Positions 40,657 through 51,938 of a stretch of DNA of 64,000 nt are shown one piece after another. A model generated the notes under the pieces. That model was not told where the DNA came from, did no database searches, and saw only the letters and a program-made list of their open reading frames with translations. The stretch lies in assembly GCA_963666425.2 (NCBI GenBank), contig OY762825.2, positions 1,376,001 through 1,440,000 on the forward strand, written 5' to 3'. Every line of letters begins with the position of its first letter. The first letter of the stretch is position 1. Both the position numbers and the translations under genes were made by a program. This stretch comes from Bacillota bacterium. GTDB lineage: Bacteria > Bacillota > JAAYKD01.

Positions 40657-40703
40657 AAAAAGAGCTGCCGCAATGACCGGATGGTCGCCCTGCGGCAGCT
40701 CTT
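40657..40703. terminator. Terminator between convergent genes
   Basis: AAAAAGAGCTGCCGCA...TGCGGCAGCTCTT. Confidence 0.75.
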
Positions 40704-40715
40704 GCACTGTAAAAA

Positions 40716-41873
40716 TTAGATTTGGTGATAAATCACGCCGTCAATCATCGTGAAGCAGCACTTGCTCAAATTGCTCAGCGGATCTCCCGTGAAGATGGCG
40801 ATATCGGCATCTTTGCCAACTTCCAGAGAACCCATGCGGTCGCCCACACCCAGCATTTCGGCGGGGATGATGGTCATGCCGCGAATGGCGTCGTCATATT
40901 TCATGCCTTCGCGGACGGCAATCCCGGCCATGATGGGCAGGTAACGCGTATTGGCGGAGGTATCATTCTGTAAAGCAACCGTCACGCCGGCTTCGGCTAA
41001 AACAGCCGGGTTTTGCCAGGATACTTCCCACAATTCCTGTTTGCTGTGGCCCATATTGAGCGGACCGACTGTGGCGCGCACATGTTTTGCTGCCAGGATA
41101 TCGGCGATTTTATAGCCTTCGGTGCAGTGTTCGATGATATAATCGAGGTTGAACTCTTCGGAAATGCGGATAGCGGTCAGGATATCATCAGCGCGATGCG
41201 CATGGATACGAGCTTTCATCTGACGTTTCAAAACCGGAATCAACGCTTCGGAATTAAGATCGTGGTCGGGAGCCGGTTTGCCTTCCGCTTTGGCGGTTTC
41301 CACTTTGCGCATATAATCGGTGGCTTTCAGCAAAGCATCGCGCAGCACAGCCGCATTACCCATGCGGGTGCCGTTGGTTTTGCCTTCATAATTACGTTTG
41401 GGATTCTCGCCCAAAGCCATCTTCATGCCTTCCGTACCGGGAATTACCATTTCTTCCGCACTGCGGCCGCGTAATTTCATCACAAAGCCGGTGCCGCCAA
41501 TTAAATTGGAACTGCCGGGGCCGGTATAAACAGCGGTGAAGCCGCCTTCCCGCACGACGGGAATGGCAGGATCCTGCGGATTGAGAGAATCGATCCCGCG
41601 CAAACGTGCTTGAATGGCGCCGCTCTTTTCATTGCCGTCACCGGTCGCCCAAACGGAAGGATCTCCAAATAAGGAAAGATGCGTATGAGCATCAATTAAG
41701 CCGGGCAGAACGATTTTACCGGTCGCATCAATCACGGTATAATCGGCTGGAATCTTCGTCTTCGCGTCGCCGATTTTCACAATTTTCTTATCTTCTACCA
41801 ATACAACACCGTTTTCAATTTTGCCATTGGTAATCGTCCAGACGGATCCGCCTTGAATCGCATATTTAGCCAA
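40716..41873 (-). CDS. Metal-dependent amidohydrolase (imidazolonepropionase-like)
   Basis: PGLIDAHTH, KMALGENPK, HAHRADDI, EHCTEG, GSLEVGKDAD. Confidence 0.9.
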   Translation of the reverse strand: MAKYAIQGGSVWTITNGKIENGVVLVEDKKIVKIGDAKTKIPADYTVIDATGKIVLPGLIDAHTHLSLFGDPSVWATGDGNEKSGAIQARLRGIDSLNPQDPAIPVVREGGFTAVYTGPGSSNLIGGTGFVMKLRGRSAEEMVIPGTEGMKMALGENPKRNYEGKTNGTRMGNAAVLRDALLKATDYMRKVETAKAEGKPAPDHDLNSEALIPVLKRQMKARIHAHRADDILTAIRISEEFNLDYIIEHCTEGYKIADILAAKHVRATVGPLNMGHSKQELWEVSWQNPAVLAEAGVTVALQNDTSANTRYLPIMAGIAVREGMKYDDAIRGMTIIPAEMLGVGDRMGSLEVGKDADIAIFTGDPLSNLSKCCFTMIDGVIYHQI

Positions 41874-42017
41874 AGAAAAACGCCTCCTTAAGAATATTTC
41901 TTGTTTATCATTTCGACAAGCTAAAGATTTTTCCTGCCGTAGGAATAAAATTTATGTTTCTTTTTCGTGTAGGATTTGCTATAATGAATTACGCTCAATG
42001 TAAAGGAGGCGCCAGAT

Positions 42018-44804
42018 ATGAAGAAGAAATTGCTATGGTTTTTAGCAGTTTTATTCCTTTTAGTGGGTAGTACCGGAACCCTCGCCTATTATTTTACCGA
42101 ATGGCAGTGGTTTCAATCTCTAGACTACCAGCAAGTGTTTACTACCGTACTTTTCTCAAAAACCATTATCGGTGTGGCAGCAACGGTTCTCACCTTTCTA
42201 TTCGTATTTCTCAATTTGAAATGGCTGCAAAAATGGCTGGCCCGCTCTGTGCCGGAAGACAATAACGAACCGGAAGTCATTCAAGTGGATTTCAGCGGTC
42301 AACGCCAGAGAGTGCAAAACAATTTTTCCGAATGGGGACGGGTCATTTCCCGCAGCCCTCTGTTAAGCTGGATTATTTTCCTCTTCTCCGCCGTAGTCAG
42401 CATCAGCAACGGCTTAGCCTTTGCCTCCCATTGGCTGGCGATCCAGTCTTATTTCAAACAGACCACCTATGGTGTGGCAGATCCCATTTTCAACAAGGAT
42501 ATCAGCTTTTATCTGTTTTCCCTGCCGATTTTTGAACTGGTTCTGGAAGTGCTGTTTGGTTTGGTGCTTTTCTTATTTGCCATCTGCGCTTTCCTCTATC
42601 TCAGCAACGGCGGTTTCCGGCGCACACCGCTGGATCGCCGACCCTACACCCATCTGGGGATTTTAGGCGCCATTGCTTTTCTTCTGCAAGGCGGCAATTT
42701 CCTGATGAAAATGTATAACCTGGTTTATTCACCCAAAGGAGTCGCTTTTGGCGCCAGTTATACCGATGTACATGTCACCATTCCGGCTTACTATATCTGC
42801 ATCGGTCTTTGCGTTTTAAGCGCCTTGCTGATGCTGTCGCAAATTGTCAAACCACGTTTAAAAACTGCTTGGGTGCCGCTGGCTATGGTAGCTCTGGTCG
42901 CCGTGCTGGGCGAAAGTATCGTCCCGGCTCTGATGCAAAACTTGCAGGTCAACCCCAACGAATTCACCATGGAAGAAAAATACCTAGATTACAACATCAC
43001 CTATACCCGCATGGCTTATGACTTAAACAATACCAATGAAATTAATTTCCCGATTGCAAACAACAGCACAGCCAACTGGACCGAGCTGGAAGAGTACTCC
43101 ACCAGCCTGGATACGGCGCCTTTGCTCAATTACCAGCAGACGCATGAAGCCTTCAGCCAATTGCAGGGGATGCGTCTGTATTACCGCTTCAACGATGTAG
43201 ATGTCGACCGCTATCAGATCGCCGAAAAATTAGTGCCTGTGATGATCAGCGCCCGCGAACTGCCGGTGGACGCGCTGCAAACCGAAGCCGATACCTGGGT
43301 CAATCGTCATTTGAAATATACCCATGGTTATGGTGCCGTGGTAGCGCCCAGCAACGAAATCACCAGCGACGGACAGCCAAAACTGATTGTCAAGGACATC
43401 CCGCCGCGCACGGATGTAGCGGAACTGGCGATCACCCGTCCGGAAATTTATTTTGGCGAATTGACCAAAGATTATGTGATTGTTGGCACCAAGTCGCAGG
43501 AATTCGACTATCCGCAAGGCGACGCCAATGCCGAAACCAGTTATGAAGGAAAAGCCGGTCTTTCCATCAGTTCTTTCTTCACACGCGTTCTGTTCAGCAT
43601 CCGTTTGAATACAATCAATCCGCTGCTGACCAACGAAATTACGGCCGACTCCAAAATTTTACTGCATCGCGAAATCACGGAGCGCGTCAAGACATTGGCT
43701 CCTTTCCTCTCCTACGATAAAGACCCTTATCTGGTCATCTATGAAGGCCGCTTAATGTGGATTATCGACGGTTATACCGTCAGCAGTCAATTCCCCTACG
43801 CGCAATCCTGGCAGACCAATGATCAGGATAAAGGCGCCAACTATCTGCGCAACAGCGTCAAAGTCACCATCGACGCCTATGACGGCACGACGGTTTTCTA
43901 TCTCTACGATGAAGAAGACCCGATTATCCAAACCTATGCCAAGATCTTCCCTAACCTCTTTACCCCATATTCTGCCATGCCGCAGGGCTTGAAAGATCAT
44001 ATGCGTTACCCGGAAGACTTTTTCACCGTGCAAACCAGTATGTTCCTCAACTATCACATGACCGATGCCAAAGTGTTTTACAACCGGGAAGACGCCTGGG
44101 CGGTAGCGACCACCAATGGTGTGACCGTGCAGCCCTATTATGATATCCTGGAATTCCCTGGCTCTGATAAAGCAGAATTTATGAATCTGTATCCTCTGAC
44201 ACCGGCGCAGAAAGATAACATGGTCGCTTTCCTGGCAGGTGCTGTTAGTGAAGATGGAACCGGTAAGCTTTCCGTCTATATCTTCCCGAAAGATAAGCTG
44301 ATTTATGGTCCGGCGCAGATTGAAGCCAGAATCAATCAGCAAGCGGAAATTTCCAAAGACCTTTCGCTCTGGGGTCAGGGCGGTTCTACGGTAACCAAAG
44401 GACATACGATTACCGTGCCGCTGAAAGATTCCCTGATCTATATCATCCCGCTCTACATCACTTCCGACTCCAGCTCCTTGCCGGAATTGAAAAAAGTCAT
44501 CGTCACCTATGGCAGCAGTGTTGTCATGAAAGATAACTTAGAGCAGGCTTTGGCTGTCATCTTCGGCAGCCGTGACGGTGAAGGCGGCACCGACGTGCCT
44601 TCCGGCACCAGCGGAGACGACCGTAGCCTGACCATCCTGATTCAGGACATCCTGGCGCAATATGCCATTGTGACCGAGCAGCGCAAAGCAGGCAATTGGA
44701 CCGAGTACGGCGCCGCCATGGATGCTTTGGAAGTCATGCTCGCCGAACTGGGCAATGCGGATTTGGCTTCCCAAATCATTTCACTGCCAACCATTACGCC
44801 GTAA
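42018..44804 (+). CDS. UPF0182 family membrane protein
   Basis: DPIFNKDISFYLF, GASYTDVH, DVDVDRY, WVNRHLKYTHGYG, NYLRNSVK. Confidence 0.92.
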   Translation: MKKKLLWFLAVLFLLVGSTGTLAYYFTEWQWFQSLDYQQVFTTVLFSKTIIGVAATVLTFLFVFLNLKWLQKWLARSVPEDNNEPEVIQVDFSGQRQRVQNNFSEWGRVISRSPLLSWIIFLFSAVVSISNGLAFASHWLAIQSYFKQTTYGVADPIFNKDISFYLFSLPIFELVLEVLFGLVLFLFAICAFLYLSNGGFRRTPLDRRPYTHLGILGAIAFLLQGGNFLMKMYNLVYSPKGVAFGASYTDVHVTIPAYYICIGLCVLSALLMLSQIVKPRLKTAWVPLAMVALVAVLGESIVPALMQNLQVNPNEFTMEEKYLDYNITYTRMAYDLNNTNEINFPIANNSTANWTELEEYSTSLDTAPLLNYQQTHEAFSQLQGMRLYYRFNDVDVDRYQIAEKLVPVMISARELPVDALQTEADTWVNRHLKYTHGYGAVVAPSNEITSDGQPKLIVKDIPPRTDVAELAITRPEIYFGELTKDYVIVGTKSQEFDYPQGDANAETSYEGKAGLSISSFFTRVLFSIRLNTINPLLTNEITADSKILLHREITERVKTLAPFLSYDKDPYLVIYEGRLMWIIDGYTVSSQFPYAQSWQTNDQDKGANYLRNSVKVTIDAYDGTTVFYLYDEEDPIIQTYAKIFPNLFTPYSAMPQGLKDHMRYPEDFFTVQTSMFLNYHMTDAKVFYNREDAWAVATTNGVTVQPYYDILEFPGSDKAEFMNLYPLTPAQKDNMVAFLAGAVSEDGTGKLSVYIFPKDKLIYGPAQIEARINQQAEISKDLSLWGQGGSTVTKGHTITVPLKDSLIYIIPLYITSDSSSLPELKKVIVTYGSSVVMKDNLEQALAVIFGSRDGEGGTDVPSGTSGDDRSLTILIQDILAQYAIVTEQRKAGNWTEYGAAMDALEVMLAELGNADLASQIISLPTITP

Positions 44805-44840
44805 GCAATAAAAACCGAGCGGCTCACCGCAGTTTCGTCA

Positions 44841-44890
44841 AAAACAGCACAGGACTCACCGTTTGATGCGGTGGCCGCTGTGCTGTTTTG
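44841..44890. terminator. Terminator between convergent genes
   Basis: AAAACAGCACAG...CTGTGCTGTTTT. Confidence 0.7.
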
Positions 44891-44913
44891 CTGTACTTCA
44901 CGCTTTTATTCTT

Positions 44914-45384
44914 CTATAACGGCAACTCTCGCCCGTTCAGACAGGCGTTTTTTAGAATCTCCGCCTCATAACTTAATTTTAAGGAGAAAAAGGGCGACTG
45001 CTCTGCCAGAAGCCGCAGGAAAATGCGATCACCAGCCCATAAATTCAACTGGTGCAGCTGCTTTTTCTCCACCCATTGCAGCACCCCTTCATCACAGTCG
45101 ATCTGCTCGCCGCTGAAATGATCCGCGGTAAACAGGCACATATACTCTGTTGGCCATTGATTGGAGACAAAGGTGATCAGCCCTCTAAACTGATAGGACA
45201 GCAGAGTCAGCCCGGTTTCTTCTTTTACTTCGCGCAGCAAACACTCTTCCGGACTTTCGCCCGCTTCAAAACGTCCGCCGATGCCGATCCATTTATCTTG
45301 GTTTTCATCGTTTTCTTTGACAATGCGATGCAGCATCAAATAGCAATCGTTGCGTTCGAGATAACACAGTGTTGTCAGTTTCAT
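44914..45384 (-). CDS. NUDIX hydrolase, 8-oxo-dGTP diphosphatase (MutT/MutX-like)
   Basis: GGRFEAGESPEECLLREVKEETGL Nudix box; CDEG..W. Confidence 0.92.
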   Translation of the reverse strand: MKLTTLCYLERNDCYLMLHRIVKENDENQDKWIGIGGRFEAGESPEECLLREVKEETGLTLLSYQFRGLITFVSNQWPTEYMCLFTADHFSGEQIDCDEGVLQWVEKKQLHQLNLWAGDRIFLRLLAEQSPFFSLKLSYEAEILKNACLNGRELPL

Positions 45385-45485
45385 GTTTTATTTTCCCTGT
45401 TCCTCCGCTGGCAGCCAAGCCGAACTCCTGCGTCGGTTTGGCAGATTGTTCTGTTTGGCCGCAGCGTGATCTGTCGAAATCAACT

Positions 45486-47822
45486 TCAGCGGTCGGCGCT
45501 GTTTTGTTTGAGTCTCGATTTTAAGTAAAATTGCTCAAATTGCTCCGGCGGCAGCGGTTTGCCCAAATAATAGCCCTGTACCTGCTCGCAGCCAAGTTCC
45601 AGCAGCAACTCCATTTGTTCTTCCGTCTCCACCCCTTCGGCAATCGTTTTGATTCCCATTGCATTGGCCAGCTCGATCGTATATTTCGCAATACTCTGGT
45701 TGAGATTCTCCTTGCTGACAGCATCGATCAGCGGCTTGGCGATCTTGATTTTATCAATGGGGAACAATTTCAGAGAGCTTAAGGAAGAATAACCGGTGCC
45801 AAAATCGTCAATTGAAATATCGACTCCCAGCTGCTTCAGCTGTTTCGCTATTTCGCTGAAGGGAAAGCGTCCCTCCCGTGCCACACTTTCTGTGATCTCC
45901 AGATCCAACCAGGCGGGTTGGATGGCACAGTCAGTCAGCAAACCTTGCAGCTGCTCGATAAAATCAATTTGATTCAGTTGTTTGGGAGAAACGTTGACCG
46001 ACATTTTCAAATCCAGACCAAAGCCGGCGTTCCACACCGCTATCTGCTGCATGGCTTTTTTCATCACCCAACCGCCGATGGGGATGATATCGTTCGTCTC
46101 TTCCGCAATGAGGATAAACTCCGCTGGTTCGAGCACACCCTTTTGCGGACTGTTCCAGCGCAGCAAGGCTTCCATGCCGATTAACTTCTGCTCCTGTAAT
46201 GTATATTGCGGTTGAAAATAAAGCGTCATTTCGTGTTCATAATCGGCATGCTTCAGGAGCATTTCGATTTCGTTTTTACGCTGCACGATATCATTCAATT
46301 CCCGGCTGAAGGTCACATATTCGTTGTAACCTTGTTTTTTTGCCTGATACATGGCCATATCGGCATTTTTCAGCAGCATACCAACGTCTTTTGCATCCAA
46401 AGGAAAAATAGAAATGCCGATGCTGACGGTCAAATAAAAAGTATATTGATCAATCCAGATCGCCTGGCTGCATTCATTGATAATCTGCTCGGCAATCGAC
46501 TCTATTTCTTCATAGGCAAAGCCGGAACGCACCGCCAGAATAAACTCATCACCGCCAAAACGCGCCAGGGTTTGATCCTGCCGGGTCAGGGCTTGCAGGC
46601 GTTTGGATAATTCCACCAGGACCCGATCGCCGATGGAATGACCGTAGGTATCGTTGATGGTCTTAAAGCGGTCCAGGTCGATAAACAACAAAGCCAGCGT
46701 CTCATTCGGCGCGATGTTTTGCAGCATTTCTTCCAAGGCACTCAAGAAATAACGCCGATTGAAGAGATTTGTCACCGTATCCTGATTGGACAGATAATCC
46801 AGCTGCCGGTTCTTCTCTTCCAATTCCCGAGTGCGCTCCATAATGCGCAGTTCCAATACCTGATTCTGATCGCGCAAAATCTTTTCGTTCTTAATCGATA
46901 CCTGAATATAAGCGGAGGCGCTGGCATAAAACAGGCCGAGCGAAAAGAAATTGATCAGGACAAACAGATCAAAACCGCGAAAAAACAGCGTCATCAGCGG
47001 AGCGATGCAAATATAAATAATTTTACTCCAAAGGCCGCGCTCACCGGAAAGCGATTCGCTATACTCCAATTCTTCCGGATGCTGCAGATAGATCGCTGCA
47101 CCTAAGGCGATGATCATGAAAGCAGCCATATAAGCAGCGTCCACCAGGCCATCCGGTAAATAGAGCCGGTTCAAATCCAAATAGATCCAGCAAACATCCG
47201 TGACTAGATACAAAATGACGCCGATGGCTGTGATCGGGATAGTGAAGGACGGTTTTCTGTCTCGGTAGGAGACAAACCAGGTGGCAACCCCGATGGTTAA
47301 GACAAAGTCGAGGAAAATAGTCAGAATCGTGATCATTCCGCTGCCGCCGAATTGATAAAGTAAATCGTAACTTCCTTTGAAAAAAATATTCCAGGCTAAA
47401 AGCAAAGTGGTAATTGTCACGATGGAAGCATCCAAAATCAGTTGGATCCTGCTCCATTTACCAAAATTGACCATGCCGTAAACCGCAAAAGCAGCCAGGA
47501 TAAACGCGTTTGTGCCCAAATACAGCAAAGCGATGAAGGTGTTGCTTGCAGCGTTTTGCTGCAATACCTGTTCATCAATCAGCCAAAACAGATCGCCAAG
47601 CAGCCAACAAAGGCTGGCAAAGCTCATCAGCAGCCAGGCATAGCGAATCCTTCCCTGTTTTGGCGAATGAAAGAAAGCGCTCAGCAGGATCCCAAAGCAA
47701 AGCAAGCTGCCAATGGGAGCCAAAAGCGCGGTGAGATACTGCTGTTCCGCCCAAATGGAGAGCGAGTAAAGGATGAAATAAAGGCTGACGATAATCATAA
47801 TAAAACGCGTTTTTCCATGCAA
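45486..47822 (-). CDS. Membrane-bound diguanylate cyclase/phosphodiesterase (TM-GGDEF-EAL)
   Basis: Multiple TM helices, RFGGDEF, EALLRW, IDDFGTGYSS, AEGVE. Confidence 0.93.
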   Translation of the reverse strand: MHGKTRFIMIIVSLYFILYSLSIWAEQQYLTALLAPIGSLLCFGILLSAFFHSPKQGRIRYAWLLMSFASLCWLLGDLFWLIDEQVLQQNAASNTFIALLYLGTNAFILAAFAVYGMVNFGKWSRIQLILDASIVTITTLLLAWNIFFKGSYDLLYQFGGSGMITILTIFLDFVLTIGVATWFVSYRDRKPSFTIPITAIGVILYLVTDVCWIYLDLNRLYLPDGLVDAAYMAAFMIIALGAAIYLQHPEELEYSESLSGERGLWSKIIYICIAPLMTLFFRGFDLFVLINFFSLGLFYASASAYIQVSIKNEKILRDQNQVLELRIMERTRELEEKNRQLDYLSNQDTVTNLFNRRYFLSALEEMLQNIAPNETLALLFIDLDRFKTINDTYGHSIGDRVLVELSKRLQALTRQDQTLARFGGDEFILAVRSGFAYEEIESIAEQIINECSQAIWIDQYTFYLTVSIGISIFPLDAKDVGMLLKNADMAMYQAKKQGYNEYVTFSRELNDIVQRKNEIEMLLKHADYEHEMTLYFQPQYTLQEQKLIGMEALLRWNSPQKGVLEPAEFILIAEETNDIIPIGGWVMKKAMQQIAVWNAGFGLDLKMSVNVSPKQLNQIDFIEQLQGLLTDCAIQPAWLDLEITESVAREGRFPFSEIAKQLKQLGVDISIDDFGTGYSSLSSLKLFPIDKIKIAKPLIDAVSKENLNQSIAKYTIELANAMGIKTIAEGVETEEQMELLLELGCEQVQGYYLGKPLPPEQFEQFYLKSRLKQNSADR

Positions 47823-48103
47823 TGCAAGCTCATCTCCTTTGCTGCGAAATTAACAAATCCATCGTCACTTATGAGCAGCGAGTCTGTTCAGTGATGTATT
47901 ACTAAATATATCACATACGCCGATTGATAGCAATCGGATGCTTCATGCATCGATATAATTTTTCTTCTTCTATGCCTTTGCGTCACGCTTCCGACGCAAC
48001 CTTACCTTTAGAATATAGCAAACAGCGGGATCGCATTGCTGCCGTCCCGCTGTTGATCGGAAATCTGCCTGATCAAAGGTTCCTGCTGTAACACAGCTTG
48101 TCT

Positions 48104-49321
48104 TTAAGCAGCCGTTGCTTCGTCTTCTTTTTGGCTGCGCCGCTGATAGATAACAGCGCAGACTGTGGCCAGAGCAAAGACTACCATACACATCACAAAC
48201 GGTGATTTTGGCGCAAAGGTGTACAGTGCGCCGGAAGCAAAGGCACCGATGATGCCGCCCAGCGATTTCATGGAATTATAAAAACCCATGATCAGATTGC
48301 TTTCGCCGCCGTGCGCTTTTTTAGCCACCATGGACTGCAGCACCGGAATGGTGACCGCGCTGCAGGCATAGAATAAGACATTGATCACAATAAACGGCAG
48401 CACACTGCCGGTCAGCACAATCCCCAGCATGGTGACGGCACAAACTGCCAGCACGCCGATAATCGAGCGTCGGACATCGGTGCGGTTGATCATCCAGAGA
48501 CCGATGGTGGCATTGGCGGTCAGCGTGATCAGACCCATGATGCCCTTGAGAACGCCATTGTAGCCGGAAGTAAATTGGAACTGATCCTTGATGTAATAAT
48601 TGAAAGACTGATCAAAAGCAGTGCCGCCCAAGTTCTGCAAGGCGCAGATACCAAAAAGTAAGGCAAAGGTGAGGGTCATAAACTGGCGGCTGGCAAAGAA
48701 GGCGGAAAAAGGATTGACTTCTTTGGCGAGTTTCGATAGCTTCAGGCTGCGGAAAGACACTTGCGTATCGTCTTCGCAGATCAGGAAGAATAAGATACCG
48801 CAGCTGAACAAAACGGCCGCCTGCGCCCAGATGGCGTAATAAGTGGAAATCTCGCCCAGCAGGCCGCCGATCATATACCCAAAGGCACCGCCGACCGATT
48901 GAATGGTGGCGATCACCGTTAAATCGCGCCCGCGCTGCCGCTCGTCCTTGGCGGTATTGACCACATAAGTCAGCAAGCCAACAAACGAGCCGCTGACGAA
49001 CAAGCCGGTAAACATGCGGGCAGCAATAAAGCCGCTTTCGGTCCGCGCCAGGCCAAAGAAGACCTGCCCCAGCGCATAACCAGCGCAATTGATTAAAAGG
49101 CATTTCCGGCTGGAAATATAAGTGATGATTTTACCCCAAAAGGGAGAAAACATAAAATTCACAATCATCATGGAGCCCAAAGCCACACCAAACATATAAC
49201 TGCCCAAATGCAAACTCGTAAAAATTGTTGGCGTTACCGGATGAGCAAAACTGGCTGCCAGATTGAACAGAATGGCGGTGACATAGAATAAAATCTTGCG
49301 CAAAGAACTTTTTTTCTCCAC
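48104..49321 (-). CDS. MFS transporter
   Basis: About 12 TM segments, AHPVTPT, SPFWGK. GTG 49321 follows GGGAGG/GAGG. Confidence 0.88.
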   Translation of the reverse strand: MEKKSSLRKILFYVTAILFNLAASFAHPVTPTIFTSLHLGSYMFGVALGSMMIVNFMFSPFWGKIITYISSRKCLLINCAGYALGQVFFGLARTESGFIAARMFTGLFVSGSFVGLLTYVVNTAKDERQRGRDLTVIATIQSVGGAFGYMIGGLLGEISTYYAIWAQAAVLFSCGILFFLICEDDTQVSFRSLKLSKLAKEVNPFSAFFASRQFMTLTFALLFGICALQNLGGTAFDQSFNYYIKDQFQFTSGYNGVLKGIMGLITLTANATIGLWMINRTDVRRSIIGVLAVCAVTMLGIVLTGSVLPFIVINVLFYACSAVTIPVLQSMVAKKAHGGESNLIMGFYNSMKSLGGIIGAFASGALYTFAPKSPFVMCMVVFALATVCAVIYQRRSQKEDEATAA

Positions 49322-49378
49322 GGCGAACCTCGCCTCCCAGCGTAACCGAAGCAAAAATCGGGATATCTGCTCAACGGT

Positions 49379-50479
49379 CTATTTTACTTCGATCAATTCG
49401 TATTCCAGGCTGCCCATACCGAGCTTGGCGCCTTGCTCAACGCAAGTCTGCCAATTCGTTTCCGGAAACATGGCGTGGAAATGATCGTGACCCTGCTCTG
49501 CCAGCGGCGCCAGGTAACTGCCCAGCAACGCGGCCTGACGGTTGCAGGCATCGGCGCAAGCCACATCCAACGCGACAGGATCAAAAGAAGCAAACATGCC
49601 GACATCGGGGATGATGGCCGCATCGTTTTCGGAATGACAGTCGCAGAAGGGAGAAACATCCACAATCAGACTGATATGGAACTGCGGACGATCTTTGACG
49701 ACCGCCCAGGCATATTCAGCGATTTTCCGGTTGAGAATATCGTTCGCTTCGTCCCATTTGACAGCGATGGCATCTTTGGGACAAACAGAGATACAGCGGC
49801 CGCAGCCGACACAATGATCATCGTTGATCATAGCCTTGCGGTTGGTGACCGTCACCGCTTGATGAGCGCAGACCGTGGTGCACTTGCCGCAGCCAATGCA
49901 GAGTTCCTGCCGCACAAACGGTTTGCCGCTGTTATGCATTTCCATCTTGCCGGCGCGGGAGCCGCAGCCCATGCCGATATTTTTCAAGGCGCCGCCAAAA
50001 CCGGTGCTCTCGTGACCTTTGAAATGAGAGAGAGAAATAAACACGTCGGCATCCATGACGGCACGCCCGATTTTAGCTTCTTTGACATAATCGCCCTCGA
50101 CAGGCACCAGGACTTCGTCATTGCCCTTTAAGCCATCGGCAATCAGAATATGGCAGCCGGTAGAAAAGGGACTGAAGCCATTTTCGTAAGCGGCTTCAAT
50201 ATGCTCCAGAGCATCCTTGCGGCGGCCGACATAGAGCGTGTTGGCATCGGTTAAAAAAGGTTTGCCGCCCAGCGACTTGACCATGTCGGCCACTGTTTTG
50301 GTGTAATTGGGCCGCAGATAAGCCAGGTTGCCCGGCTCTCCGAAGTGGATCTTAATAGCAGTAAATTTTCCGGAAAAATCGATCTGCCCAATGCCTGCCT
50401 GCTGCATCAGTTTGGTCAGCTTTTGCTGCAGATTCCAGCCCGGTTCGGTGCGCATATTGCTAAAATAAACTTTACTCAA
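49379..50479 (-). CDS. DUF362 domain 4Fe-4S protein
   Basis: KIHFGE, SHFKGH, KNIGMGC, two CxxCxxC clusters, DPVALD. Confidence 0.9.
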   Translation of the reverse strand: MSKVYFSNMRTEPGWNLQQKLTKLMQQAGIGQIDFSGKFTAIKIHFGEPGNLAYLRPNYTKTVADMVKSLGGKPFLTDANTLYVGRRKDALEHIEAAYENGFSPFSTGCHILIADGLKGNDEVLVPVEGDYVKEAKIGRAVMDADVFISLSHFKGHESTGFGGALKNIGMGCGSRAGKMEMHNSGKPFVRQELCIGCGKCTTVCAHQAVTVTNRKAMINDDHCVGCGRCISVCPKDAIAVKWDEANDILNRKIAEYAWAVVKDRPQFHISLIVDVSPFCDCHSENDAAIIPDVGMFASFDPVALDVACADACNRQAALLGSYLAPLAEQGHDHFHAMFPETNWQTCVEQGAKLGMGSLEYELIEVK

Positions 50480-50540
50480 AACTGTTTGGCCTCCTCTTTA
50501 AATTTTACTATCTTTAGATTACCTACCGCAACGCTGCCTG

Positions 50541-51938
50541 TTATTCTTCTCTTGGAAAAACCGGATAGGGATGCTGCAGGAACGATTCGTAAACCACACC
50601 CTCGGTGGCTTTGTTGAATTCTGCTTTGGCAGCTTTGACCAGGGCTTCGTCCTGAATAAAACGCAAACCGGCCGCTGCCATAGCTTTGGCGGCGAAGATC
50701 ATGCCTTTATGCCCAATAGAACTGGCGGAGGAAGAGGCGATCATCCAGGAATGTCCGGGAATCGCCCAGGGATTGGTGACGGTACCGAACATGCAGGTGG
50801 GGCAATTCCAACTGGTATCGGCCACATCGGTAGAACCGGCCATGGTAGTGCCTTTGCCGGATGGTTCTTCCACTCCGCTGAGCAAAGGTACACTGGCATC
50901 AATCTTCATCATGGCAGCTTTGGTCTTGCGCTCTTCCGGATCGACATTGGCCGATAAGTCCGCGGCAAACTGCAGATCGGCCGCATCCCAAGGTTCGGGA
51001 CCGACTGCAACCAGGGCTTCGTGCATGACTTGGCTGACCACTTCGTTGGGCAGCGTGTTGTAAACGCCGCTCTCCAATAAAATATCCACTTCGGTTTCTG
51101 TCATCATGGCGGCGCCGTGCGCGATTTTCTTGACCCGCTCGACGATATCGCGCAAAACCTGCACTTGCGGTGCGCGCACAAAATACCAAACCTGCGCCCG
51201 ATCCGGCACAATATTAGGGGCCATACCGCCTTCGGTGATGACATAATGAATTCTGGCCTGAGTGATGATATGTTCTCTGAGGTAATTGCTGCCGATATCC
51301 ATCAATTCCACTGCATCCAAGGCGCTGCGGCCGTTATGCGGATCGCCGCCGGCATGGGCGGTGCGGCCGTGGTAGGTGAATTTTAAAGAATTATTGGCGT
51401 TGGAGCTGTTCAGCTGCACACCGTTTTTGCTGCCGGGATGATAAGCGATGGCGATATCAACCTCTTTAAAGCAGCCGTATTTAGCCATCATGGCCTTGGC
51501 ACTGTAGTTTTCTTCCGCCGGGCAGCCAAAATAAACGATGGTTCCGGGCAGATTGCCGGCTTCCATCTCTGCTTTCAGACCCAGCACGGCGCCGACGCAG
51601 GCGACACCCAGCAGATTATGGCCGCAGCCGTGGCCGGGAGCCCCTTCTTTCAACGGCACTTTTTTACTGGAGGCCGGCAGATTGCTCAAGCCGGGCAGCG
51701 CGTCGTATTCGGCTAAAAATCCGATCACCGGCTTGCCACTGCCCCAGCTGGCGGTAAAAGCAGTCGGCACGCCTGCCACATTCTCTTCAATCCGAAATCC
51801 CTTGGAAGCCAAATAATCTCTGCTCGCCTCGGCAGAACGGTATTCTTTTAACGAAGTCTCGGCAAAACCCCAGATCGTATCACTCAATTGGATCAGTTCA
51901 CTGCGATTGTTTTCAATTGCCTGTAATGCTTTCTGCAT
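50541..51938 (-). CDS. M20 amidohydrolase, AbgB-like
   Basis: AEYDALPG, GHGCGHNLLG, GCPAEE, GRSALDAVEL, GSTDVAD, PGHSW. Confidence 0.9.
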   Translation of the reverse strand: MQKALQAIENNRSELIQLSDTIWGFAETSLKEYRSAEASRDYLASKGFRIEENVAGVPTAFTASWGSGKPVIGFLAEYDALPGLSNLPASSKKVPLKEGAPGHGCGHNLLGVACVGAVLGLKAEMEAGNLPGTIVYFGCPAEENYSAKAMMAKYGCFKEVDIAIAYHPGSKNGVQLNSSNANNSLKFTYHGRTAHAGGDPHNGRSALDAVELMDIGSNYLREHIITQARIHYVITEGGMAPNIVPDRAQVWYFVRAPQVQVLRDIVERVKKIAHGAAMMTETEVDILLESGVYNTLPNEVVSQVMHEALVAVGPEPWDAADLQFAADLSANVDPEERKTKAAMMKIDASVPLLSGVEEPSGKGTTMAGSTDVADTSWNCPTCMFGTVTNPWAIPGHSWMIASSSASSIGHKGMIFAAKAMAAAGLRFIQDEALVKAAKAEFNKATEGVVYESFLQHPYPVFPREE